A stretch of DNA of 64,000 nucleotides from positions 46,995 to 110,994 of IMG/VR virus record IMGVR_UViG_3300027747_000004; one strand, given 5' to 3'. The translations under genes were made by a program, and so were the position numbers. Origin of the DNA: a virus. Positions 45,302-54,282 of this stretch are shown here, piece after piece. Numbering within the stretch: position 1 is the first letter of the stretch; every line of letters starts with the position of its first letter. The notes below the pieces were generated by a model, which saw nothing but the letters and a program-made list of their open reading frames with translations, did no database searches and had not been told where the DNA came from.

Positions 45302-45483
45302 TCATCATTCTCCTCAGGATACTCTTCAGTGTCGGCGCGGTCTGCATCGGTTTCAATAGCAGTGTGCTTGGCTTCCCATTCACGCTGGATCTTGCGTTGC
45401 CGCGCCTCTTCAGCCTGTTGCTCAGGGGTGATTGACTTGAATTGCCTAAGCAACTCGGCGTCAAATTCATCAAAGATGTTCAT
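45298..45483 (-). CDS. Small acidic protein, first gene of the leftward early operon
   Basis: Conserved leader upstream; very acidic. Confidence 0.6.
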   Translation of the reverse strand: MNIFDEFDAELLRQFKSITPEQQAEEARQRKIQREWEAKHTAIETDADRADTEEYPEENDE

Positions 45484-45772
45484 GATGTATGTCTTTCAAT
45501 GGTCAGGTTGTCACAGCAACGTTGCTGTAAGTGCATTGTACATCCGCTTTTTGCAGCTTTTACCGCAAATAAAAAAATATTTTTGCTGCCCAGTTAGGCC
45601 TACAGGATGATGTATAGTAGACACCCCGCCATGCCTAGTGTGGCCTACCAACCTGACCATTGAAAGGCATCTATGTGACAACGATTGTCAACGCTACAAC
45701 AAATAGTCAAAAAATAAGGCACCTGAAGTCTGTGGAACTTCAAAGTGCCTCAAAACTAACCAAGGATTAACA
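45484..45772. promoter_or_regulatory. Divergent control region with an 18-bp inverted repeat
   Basis: CAACCTGACCATTGAAAG at 45510-45493 (-) and 45649-45666 (+); TGTACAAT (-, 45542-45535) and TGTATAGT (+, 45611-45618); hairpin at 45717-45750. Confidence 0.7.
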
Positions 45773-47902
45773 ATGGACTCACAAATTGTGCCGACCGGAT
45801 TCGGCGCAAGTATAGTAACTCCGCAGCAATTATACACCAACTATCTACAAGATCGCGGGTTTGACGCAACAGATGTTGCGCAACTTGGGCTTGAACTACT
45901 TGATAGAGATCAAACAAAGGCTTTGCTAGGCCACACCGGTGAGTGGAGCATACGCATACCGTACCGCGACGTTGATGGCAAGGACACCGGCTTTGATCGT
46001 GTAAGGCTTTTGCAGCCGCGGGGCAAGATGAAGTACTCACAGGCCCGTGCCAGTGGCAGCCATATCTACTTCCCAGTCAAAACTAATTGGCGCCAAGTCA
46101 TCACCAATGTAGACATCCCCATCATCATCACCGAGGGTGAATTCAAAGCATGGGCCATCACCAAGGTCCTAGCTGCAGACACACTGCCTTACGCGTGTAT
46201 TGGCTTGGCGGGTGTGACCAGTTGGACAGACAAGCAGGGTATGCACCTTCACAAAGATCTCATGCAGATCATGTGGCGCAAAAAGACCAGCTTTGACGCC
46301 AAAAGCCGCCAAGTCTACATCATCTTCGACTATGACGGCGCTAAACCTGATGGCGAGCCCAATGAGCAGGTTGCACTAGCAGAGACTAAACTTGCAATCA
46401 CGCTGCGTGGGCTTGGCGCTGAGGTCCACCTTTGCCGTGTAGGGCGCTTTGGCTACGGTGAAGGCAAGAAATACGCAATTGACGATCACCTGCAGGCCGG
46501 CAAGACGCTTACTGAGGTGCTCACCGCGACCAGCATCGTAATGAATGGCGTGGATACACTAGATGTGAAGCTTCATGAGTTCTCTACAAGGTATGCCATG
46601 CTCAATGGCGATGTGATTCGGTTGAGCGATGGCCACATCCTGAACTTCAACAAGGCGCGCATTGACTCAGCGCAGCACATCTTTGTGCAGACAAACACCG
46701 TGCAAGGCAGAGCCGGACAGCCACCTAAGGTTGTCAGCCGTGAAATACCCCTCATTGAGGAGTACAAGAAGTGGCCCAAGAGGTGCGATATTAAAAAGGT
46801 GGGTATCTACCCACAGTACCAGGGACTTAGGGTCACTCCAGATGGCTGTTACAACTATCTAAACTCGTGGTCGCACTTTCCAACCTCAGGCGATGTGACT
46901 TTATACGAAGAATTCTGCAAATACTTCTTCAGAGATGAGATTGAGTTCATGGAGTACTGGCATGATTGGGTTGCAAACATCGTGCAATACCCGCATCGCC
47001 GTAACAACACCACTCCGCAATTCGTATCAAACAGTGAAGGCATCGGTAAGTCAGCAGTTGCTGAATTTATAGCTGAGATGCTAGGCCTTGGTGATGGGGC
47101 ACCTGCAATCATCGTTGGGCCTGATGAGTTGTTTGGCTCATTCAATGGGCTTTTACGAAACAAGATCTTCGTTGTGGTAAATGAACCATCATCCGACCGT
47201 GATGACCATAGCGCAAAGCTAAAGAACTTCATCACAAGCAAGGAGATCACCATCAACAACAAGTATGGGGCGCAATACTCCATAGAGAATTACATTAACT
47301 TTGTCTTCACAACCAATCGCCCTTACGTTACAACGATGGGTAACAGCGCAAGGCGTGAAGCTATTTACAAACCAGAGACTTTGACCAACACGGAGACGCA
47401 ACCATTGGTTGTAGCTTTGATGAAATGGGCACGTGCAGGCGGCTTTGGCGCCGTGCTGAATTGGTACTACAACCGCGACATCTCAAGCTTTGACCCATTC
47501 AAGGCAGCCCCAAGCACTAAGCGCAAGGCACAGGTTGTCAAGCTTTCGCAATCGGTGACTCAGCAATTCGCCAATGACTTGATCGACTGGACCAAGACTC
47601 ACATCAACGGGCTGGCATTCTTTACAAATCAGCAATTGCAAATACTGTTTAGAGCTTGGCAGGGTGATGAAAGGATGCCATCAGCCAAGTACGTCAAGGC
47701 TGCATTGTCAGGCATTTCACCTGGTGATGAGGCAGTCGTGTTTATGAAAAAAGATGATAGCGACGCGGCCAAAAATATTACTGTGCGAGGCTGGTTCATT
47801 GGTAATACTGAGGCATGGGAGATTTGTAATAAACGCTTGGTAGCAAAAACAACAGCTGACGCAGTCGCAAAAGAGGTCCAAAATATTACAGAATCCTTCT
47901 AA
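45773..47902 (+). CDS. Primase-helicase (Toprim/DUF3854-like plus SF3/D5-like P-loop)
   Basis: MKYSQ; IIITEGEFKA; YIIFDYD; IDD.L; Walker A EGIGKS; VVVNE; FTTN. Confidence 0.85.
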   Translation: MDSQIVPTGFGASIVTPQQLYTNYLQDRGFDATDVAQLGLELLDRDQTKALLGHTGEWSIRIPYRDVDGKDTGFDRVRLLQPRGKMKYSQARASGSHIYFPVKTNWRQVITNVDIPIIITEGEFKAWAITKVLAADTLPYACIGLAGVTSWTDKQGMHLHKDLMQIMWRKKTSFDAKSRQVYIIFDYDGAKPDGEPNEQVALAETKLAITLRGLGAEVHLCRVGRFGYGEGKKYAIDDHLQAGKTLTEVLTATSIVMNGVDTLDVKLHEFSTRYAMLNGDVIRLSDGHILNFNKARIDSAQHIFVQTNTVQGRAGQPPKVVSREIPLIEEYKKWPKRCDIKKVGIYPQYQGLRVTPDGCYNYLNSWSHFPTSGDVTLYEEFCKYFFRDEIEFMEYWHDWVANIVQYPHRRNNTTPQFVSNSEGIGKSAVAEFIAEMLGLGDGAPAIIVGPDELFGSFNGLLRNKIFVVVNEPSSDRDDHSAKLKNFITSKEITINNKYGAQYSIENYINFVFTTNRPYVTTMGNSARREAIYKPETLTNTETQPLVVALMKWARAGGFGAVLNWYYNRDISSFDPFKAAPSTKRKAQVVKLSQSVTQQFANDLIDWTKTHINGLAFFTNQQLQILFRAWQGDERMPSAKYVKAALSGISPGDEAVVFMKKDDSDAAKNITVRGWFIGNTEAWEICNKRLVAKTTADAVAKEVQNITESF

Positions 47903-48072
47903 TTTACACGTTATTACAAAAGCGTATTACACTGTTAAATGCTCTAAGTTGTTGATTCTAAACGCTTATTACAATATTACATATATTACATTACTTAAAA
48001 CTATAGGAATATTAGATATATATACACTCCTCGTATATAGTTTTCGCGCCCGTTGTAATATTTTTTGTAATA
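47776..48072. repeat. AT-rich TATTACA iteron cluster with an IHF consensus; putative replication origin or packaging site
   Basis: TATTACA at 47884, 47912, 47925, 47967, 47975 and 47984; TGTAATA at 47825, 48054 and 48066; AATCAACAACTTA (-) at 47957-47945. Confidence 0.65.
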
Positions 48073-48118
48073 TGCCACAAATGATTATCTTGCCATTGAA
48101 AAGTGTATAATCTTGCCT

Positions 48119-48571
48119 ATGACTACTACTAAACGCCCCGTCGGTCGCCCTACAAAGTATGACCCTGCTCTTTGCGATAAGATCGCAGACATGGGCAAAG
48201 AAGGTCTTTCACGTTGGCAAATTGCCTCACGTCTTGGCATTCACCCTAAAAACGTGGGTGACTGGGAAGCTGTGCATGAGGAGTTTCGTAGCGCCTTACA
48301 AGAAGCGAAGCAGCATGCGCTTGAATACTGGGAGACGCTAGCCCAGAATCACATGATTGAGAACCCAGGAGGACCGCGTTTGAACACCGGACTTTGGTCT
48401 CGGTCCATGGCTGCAAGGTTCCCCAACGAGTACCGTGAGAACAACAAGGTTGAAGTCGTAGGTAAGAACGACGGCGCCATTCAAGTTGACGTCATACACG
48501 ATTTTGCAAGTGATCTGGTTGCTGATCTGTTAGCTGCGCGCCAAGCTGATGTTGAAGCCGGAGATAGCTGA
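48119..48571 (+). CDS. terS: Terminase small subunit
   Basis: GRPTKYDP..C...G.EG.S..QIA..LG HTH; W...H.EF; directly upstream of TerL. Confidence 0.8.
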   Translation: MTTTKRPVGRPTKYDPALCDKIADMGKEGLSRWQIASRLGIHPKNVGDWEAVHEEFRSALQEAKQHALEYWETLAQNHMIENPGGPRLNTGLWSRSMAARFPNEYRENNKVEVVGKNDGAIQVDVIHDFASDLVADLLAARQADVEAGDS

Positions 48572-49976
48572 TCGTCTTGCCAAGCGCATAGCGTCTGGCC
48601 CTGACTTAAACAAAGCATCGCCTGAGTGGAAGGCGGCGTTGAAGGCCCGCATCAAGTGGCTGTCAATCGCAAACAAGCATCAAATTACTCCGGGCGGCGA
48701 TTGGTGGGACATTTGGCTGTTGCTTGCAGGGCGTGGCGCAGGCAAAACACGGTGCGCAGCAGAGTGGACTTGGTGGGAAGCATGGAGCCAGCCCGGGACT
48801 CGATGGCTTGTATCAGCACCAACGGGCGGAGATGTCCGTGATGTGTGCTTTGAAGGCGACTCAGGCTTGCTGTCTGTCATCCCGCCAATACTCATTTCTG
48901 ACTACATCAAGTCGCTGAACGAGATTAAGCTTGTGAATGGCAGCCTGATCAAAGGCATCCCAGCATTTGAGCCTTCACGTTTCCGCGGCCCGCAGTTTCA
49001 TGGTGGGTGGCTTGACGAGTTGGCTGCATGGGACTACCTTGATGACGCGTGGAACATGTTGCAGTTCGGCATGCGATTAGGCAAACACCCACGCATCATT
49101 GCCACTACAACACCTAAGCCAAAGCCCTTGATTGTGGATCTGGTGAACCGAGATGGCGAGGATGTATGCTATACCTCAGCCTCCACGTACGACAACATTA
49201 AGAACCTCGCTCCATCGTTCCAAAAACAGATCTTGCAATATGAAGGCACGACACTTGGGCGCCAAGAGATTCATGCTGAGATCATCGACCCTGAAGAATC
49301 CGGCATCATCAAACGCGACTGGTTTCAGCTTTGGCCGCATGACCGCGCATTGCCCCGCTTTGAGTTTGTGGTGCAGTCATACGACATTGCCACGTCGGAC
49401 AAGACCAAGAATGACCCGACCGCGTGTGTGGTCTTTGGCGTGTTCAAGCCCTCGCCTGACAAGCCCATGTCAGCAATGATCATCGACTGCTGGGAGGAGC
49501 ATCTGCAATACCCTGACCTGCGCCCCAAGGTCGTGGACGAGGCAACAAGCATTTACGGTGATGAGAATGAGTTTGGGTCAGGCAAGAAAGTCGACATCAT
49601 ACTCATTGAAGACAAAAGCGCAGGCATTTCACTAATCCAAGATTTGCGCCGTGCTGGTCTCCAAGTCCGAGGTTATAATCCTGGGAACGCTGATAAGACA
49701 ATGCGTCTTAACATCGTGGCGCCCATCATCAAACGCGGACTCATATACGTGCCTGAATCAGCAAACAATCCCGGTGCACCACGAACATGGGTTGAGCCTT
49801 TGCTGAACCAACTATGCGCCTTTCCAGAGGTCCGGCACGATGACCTTGTGGATGCCACCTCACAGGCATTGCGTTTGTTACGAGATCAAGGGTTCCTGAA
49901 CATCGATCCGTTGTACAATGACAATGACTCGTATGACGAAGACCGTCAACCCCGCACCAATCCATACGCGCAATAG
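48549..49976 (+). CDS. terL: Terminase large subunit
   Basis: AGRGAGKT, RGPQFH..WLDE, TTTPKP, SYD.A, IEDKSAG, HDDLVDA. Confidence 0.95.
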   Translation: MLKPEIADRLAKRIASGPDLNKASPEWKAALKARIKWLSIANKHQITPGGDWWDIWLLLAGRGAGKTRCAAEWTWWEAWSQPGTRWLVSAPTGGDVRDVCFEGDSGLLSVIPPILISDYIKSLNEIKLVNGSLIKGIPAFEPSRFRGPQFHGGWLDELAAWDYLDDAWNMLQFGMRLGKHPRIIATTTPKPKPLIVDLVNRDGEDVCYTSASTYDNIKNLAPSFQKQILQYEGTTLGRQEIHAEIIDPEESGIIKRDWFQLWPHDRALPRFEFVVQSYDIATSDKTKNDPTACVVFGVFKPSPDKPMSAMIIDCWEEHLQYPDLRPKVVDEATSIYGDENEFGSGKKVDIILIEDKSAGISLIQDLRRAGLQVRGYNPGNADKTMRLNIVAPIIKRGLIYVPESANNPGAPRTWVEPLLNQLCAFPEVRHDDLVDATSQALRLLRDQGFLNIDPLYNDNDSYDEDRQPRTNPYAQ

Positions 49977-49978
49977 CC

Positions 49979-52900
49979 ATGGCACTACCCGTTGATCTTG
50001 GAACGTTTGACCCTGGGCAAGGCCAAGACGACAGTTGGGACAACATACCTGAGACCAAAACAGAAAAAGCAAAGCGCGTAGCAGCACAAGCGGCGCTTGA
50101 GTTTAATCCGCTCATGGCGCTGCGGACGCTGCAGGACGCGCCTGCCATTGCGTGGAACGCAACAGTTGCGCCATTGGCATCCATGTGGTCAGTGCCTGGG
50201 CAAGCAATTCAAAACAAAGGCGCCGAACTAATCTATGGTGCGCTAGGTGAGGAAGACCTAGCACGTGAAGCCCGTGATCGTGGCAACAACATTCAACCTG
50301 CAGACATGTCATTGCCTGTGCGCTCAGCATCAGGGCAAGCTGCGCAAGAAGCTATTGCTGATGCGTTTAAGGCGTCAAAGCTTGAAGGCGCACTTGGACT
50401 TCATATGCCTGCAAGCCGCGGCTTCAGCCCTAATGACCTGCGTGCTGCGGCAGGCGAAGTTCAAAACTTTGGCAAACAAGTCAGAGAAATACCCACAGAC
50501 TTTGCCAATGCCAAGGCGGGCACTACAAAGATAGACCCAATCACAGGCAAGCCTACGCTAGGTTCAGGTCTGTACGACATTGCACCAGGGCTTGACACAA
50601 TTGGAGAAGTTGGCCCATCAAGTGGCTCACGTGCAGCGCAGTTTGGCGCAGTGCGTATGCCGGGCACTCAAATTGCACGAGCACGTGACCCAGGCACAGG
50701 CAACTTGGTTACACCTGCGCAGGCTGAGTATGCTGATCTAAGTCAAATTGACAAGCTGCAACTTGCGCCTGAGCATAGCATTGACAAAACGCAAATGAGC
50801 CGCTCAGTGCTAGGCGACTATACTGACCGTTACCTGCAAAATAATGAGCTGCGTAACGGGTTGCAAAACTACTTTGACAGCAGGCTGGCTGCTGAGTACC
50901 CCGACGCGCCATCAAAGCGTAGTGCGCAACTTGCATTTGAAGCCCGTCACGGCGGCCGCTCATCGCAGTCTTACGCAGATGCCAAGGCTGAAATGATTGA
51001 CGACTTTGTCAAAACGCCTGAGGCTCAGCAACTTGCGCAGGCACAAGGCCAATTCCTACCTACAGTTGAAGACTACTTCAACCGGCATGATGCTGCCATG
51101 AAGTGGATATCTAACAACCTGTCCAATTATGCATCTAAGTTTGTTGGCACGTCCAATGACCCGCTTCTAAAAGCTGCGTCAGAAGGCTACACGTTCTTGC
51201 CTGCGAATGAGATACGCCAGCTTGGAAATTCCGCGGAGTCTTACGCTGAAAGCAATCGTCGTGCTGCTGGTATGCCTGGGTCTGCATTGCAAGACGCCAT
51301 TGACACTAAGCAAGCAGAGCTTGACAAGGCAACGCAAGACTTGACCACACTTGCTGAGTCCAACGCCGGCAATCTTGAGGCCACAAATACTGTTACCCGT
51401 GCGCAAGAAAAGCGCAAGAAGATTGCGCAAGAGCTTGAAAACTTGAAGCTTGGCGCTGCGTATGAGAACCTTGCTGACGCAGGCGTGCAGCCTACGACCA
51501 AGGAGAAATTGCTTAACTACTTGGACTACAATGAGCGGCAATTCTACCCAGACGTAACGCACCCCAACGTACCCAGTGATGCAACTGTGTACCGCGCAAC
51601 GCGTGAGTTTAACGAAACAGGCCTGAAGAACATTGCTAGGTCCGCGTACAATGACGTCATGCAAGGCAAACTAAGTCCTGACAATCTCAGCGCCAACTTG
51701 CCTGTTGACAAGTATGTGCGTCAAAAGTCTGCGGCTCGCATGCAAGAAGAAGCCAATGCTGCAGCTGCAAGAGCAACGTACGTGAATGACGCAAGCAAGG
51801 CAATTGCTGCGCGCAACGCAGCAGACCCTGCAGGCCAAGTCATTGGCAATACATTGGTGCTTGAGACAGACGCAAACACCCCGCATGATGTGGCACTGCA
51901 ACGTGCTAGTGACGCCACAGCTGTGCTTGACCATTGCGTTGGGCAAGGCGGCCGCGATGTAACATACACAAAAGAGAAGCACCCATTCACAGGCAACACA
52001 GCCGTGTATGAGCCTTTGCGCAACCCGATCACAGGCGAAGCAAACCCTAATGCAGGGCGGCAGGGGTCTGGGTATGTTGACACTGCACTCAATGGTTCAG
52101 GCATGTTGACACACATCAACGACGCTGAGACCAAGCTGCCTGTTGCAACGCTGCAGTTGCACAAAGACCACAATGGTTACAGCCTTGGCTACGTGTCTGG
52201 GCCCACAACGTCAAGAAATGAGACTAATGGGCCTATTGACCCCAAGTACCACCAAGCAATTGCTGATTACTTAAACAAGCGTGGCGACATTACCCATGCA
52301 GGCTCCAACATAAGCGATAACACAAGCATTCTTGACCTGCAAGAAGATCGTGCAGCTGCACGCATTCTTGGTGTACCACGCCCAAGCGACATTTCTGCTG
52401 CGCATCCAGACCTGCCGCGGTTTATGACAGAAGACGCATTGAAAGAGTACACAGCTGGTGTTGCGGCGCAAAAAACAGCAGCACAGCAAAACTTCTTGCC
52501 TACGTCAAGCAACACTGACACAATTGAGTCATTGCAACAGGCACTTAATGACGCATATGTCGAGCATGGAAGCGCAAGGCGTGACAACGATCTTGACGCT
52601 GCAGAAAACGCAATTTCTCGCATAAATGACTTAGAAGCTCGAATTGGGCGTGCACGCAATGACCAACGTCTTGCAGCTAATCACGCAAATCCTGCTGAGT
52701 ACCTATACAACGACTTTGCGCCACTCGGCGAGGCGTTATTTTTGACGTCACAGCAAATGCGTAATGGGCAAGCTGCAATTGACGCCATCCATGCCTATTT
52801 TGATGAAAATCGATTGCAAGACAATAGCCTTTACGCAGGCCAAGCGCTGGGGCACCCTGCAATAGACGAAGTGCTGCATGACAATGAGGCGCAGCGCATA

Positions 52901-54274
52901 CTTTCAGGATTGTCGCATGACACTCGCAATGCTGTTGGGCAATACTTCCGCGACTTGCCTGACAATGACAGAATGGCAATGCCTCGCGTAATAGCGCGCA
53001 TGTCAGACCCTGAGTTATATAGTCAAATTAGCAATGCGCAAATTGCGCGTTTGCCTGAAATCTTTGCGCAGTTGGGGCAGTTCTTTGATGCCAACCCTCA
53101 ACATTTCCCATCCATTTTGGCGTTTGCAGATGAGATGCGGCATGATCGTCCCATGCCTATGCCTATGCCTGGGCAGTCGCAGCAATCATACGATCCTGCG
53201 CAACTTGAGCTTGCATTGCGGCTACTCACAAACGAGCGTCTTGCGCAAGGCCAAATTGCTGCACGTGCTGCACGTGCTGCCCCTGCTGCGCAGCCTGAAG
53301 CTGCTCTTGGCGGTGACTGGGAAGTAGATACTACACACCCAGCAAACCAAACTGCTGCGCAGCAAGAAGCTGACTTAAGTGCACGTATGGCGCGTTTGCG
53401 CAATGGCGATTTTGCGCAGCAAGTAGCTACAAACCAAGCTGCCGGCACGGGTCTTATTGGCGCACGCTACGACGAACTGCAGCAAAACATAACAAACACG
53501 CAACGGCATCTTGTCAATGTTGCAGTAGAGCGCATTGCAAACCAAGCACAAGCGCATGGCATTGATAGCCCAGCTGAAGTTGCCGGCTTAATTCGTCGTC
53601 GTAACAATGTGTTTGGGTCAGCCACAGTGCCACTAACTGACTTTACGCCAAGCATGGTAGAACTTCTTGCACGCGATGTAAGTGATACAATTGAGGCACG
53701 CAACAACGCAGTTGCTCGTACGCAGCAACAGCAACTTGAAGCTCCGCCACAAGAAGCCGCAGCGCCACGTGGCTGGAACACTGTTGAGCCTGAGCCGCAT
53801 GTTCAGCAGGCACGTGACTTAGCGCAGCATCTAGAAAATCAGTTTTACGACAATTTGCGTGCAGATAGCAGTGATCGCCTTAACGCAATAACGCATGATA
53901 TTGACCGACTATCGGGCGACACCAGACGTGGCGCATGGCGCAATTTGTTTGGCGGGCTCCCTGTTGATGCGCAACACATGTACTCAGATGAACTTGCTAA
54001 TGGCGTCATTCGCCAGTTGCGTGAGTTGCAAGATCGCGAGCTTATGTCGCTTGGGCAGTATATCATGAACATGATAGATGAAAGCCTCATAGGCAATTCT
54101 GAAGGCACACATGCAAGACGTATTATTGACGACACGATTACGCAACTTGAGAATCGCGGTGAGCAAGGCTGGGAAGATGTACTTGGCGCAGAGGCGCAAG
54201 AATACGAGTACTCACCATCACTGCGTGACGCTGTACTACGTGAAATGCGCATACTACGCACTGCTTATGAATAA
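49979..54274 (+). CDS. Large (1431 aa) multidomain protein, likely virion-delivered, with a PcfJ-like segment
   Basis: Long ORF with backbone-like codon usage; LDHCVGQG...GYV...G...D....PVATLQL segment. Confidence 0.65.
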   Translation: MALPVDLGTFDPGQGQDDSWDNIPETKTEKAKRVAAQAALEFNPLMALRTLQDAPAIAWNATVAPLASMWSVPGQAIQNKGAELIYGALGEEDLAREARDRGNNIQPADMSLPVRSASGQAAQEAIADAFKASKLEGALGLHMPASRGFSPNDLRAAAGEVQNFGKQVREIPTDFANAKAGTTKIDPITGKPTLGSGLYDIAPGLDTIGEVGPSSGSRAAQFGAVRMPGTQIARARDPGTGNLVTPAQAEYADLSQIDKLQLAPEHSIDKTQMSRSVLGDYTDRYLQNNELRNGLQNYFDSRLAAEYPDAPSKRSAQLAFEARHGGRSSQSYADAKAEMIDDFVKTPEAQQLAQAQGQFLPTVEDYFNRHDAAMKWISNNLSNYASKFVGTSNDPLLKAASEGYTFLPANEIRQLGNSAESYAESNRRAAGMPGSALQDAIDTKQAELDKATQDLTTLAESNAGNLEATNTVTRAQEKRKKIAQELENLKLGAAYENLADAGVQPTTKEKLLNYLDYNERQFYPDVTHPNVPSDATVYRATREFNETGLKNIARSAYNDVMQGKLSPDNLSANLPVDKYVRQKSAARMQEEANAAAARATYVNDASKAIAARNAADPAGQVIGNTLVLETDANTPHDVALQRASDATAVLDHCVGQGGRDVTYTKEKHPFTGNTAVYEPLRNPITGEANPNAGRQGSGYVDTALNGSGMLTHINDAETKLPVATLQLHKDHNGYSLGYVSGPTTSRNETNGPIDPKYHQAIADYLNKRGDITHAGSNISDNTSILDLQEDRAAARILGVPRPSDISAAHPDLPRFMTEDALKEYTAGVAAQKTAAQQNFLPTSSNTDTIESLQQALNDAYVEHGSARRDNDLDAAENAISRINDLEARIGRARNDQRLAANHANPAEYLYNDFAPLGEALFLTSQQMRNGQAAIDAIHAYFDENRLQDNSLYAGQALGHPAIDEVLHDNEAQRILSGLSHDTRNAVGQYFRDLPDNDRMAMPRVIARMSDPELYSQISNAQIARLPEIFAQLGQFFDANPQHFPSILAFADEMRHDRPMPMPMPGQSQQSYDPAQLELALRLLTNERLAQGQIAARAARAAPAAQPEAALGGDWEVDTTHPANQTAAQQEADLSARMARLRNGDFAQQVATNQAAGTGLIGARYDELQQNITNTQRHLVNVAVERIANQAQAHGIDSPAEVAGLIRRRNNVFGSATVPLTDFTPSMVELLARDVSDTIEARNNAVARTQQQQLEAPPQEAAAPRGWNTVEPEPHVQQARDLAQHLENQFYDNLRADSSDRLNAITHDIDRLSGDTRRGAWRNLFGGLPVDAQHMYSDELANGVIRQLRELQDRELMSLGQYIMNMIDESLIGNSEGTHARRIIDDTITQLENRGEQGWEDVLGAEAQEYEYSPSLRDAVLREMRILRTAYE

Positions 54275-54282
54275 GGAACACC

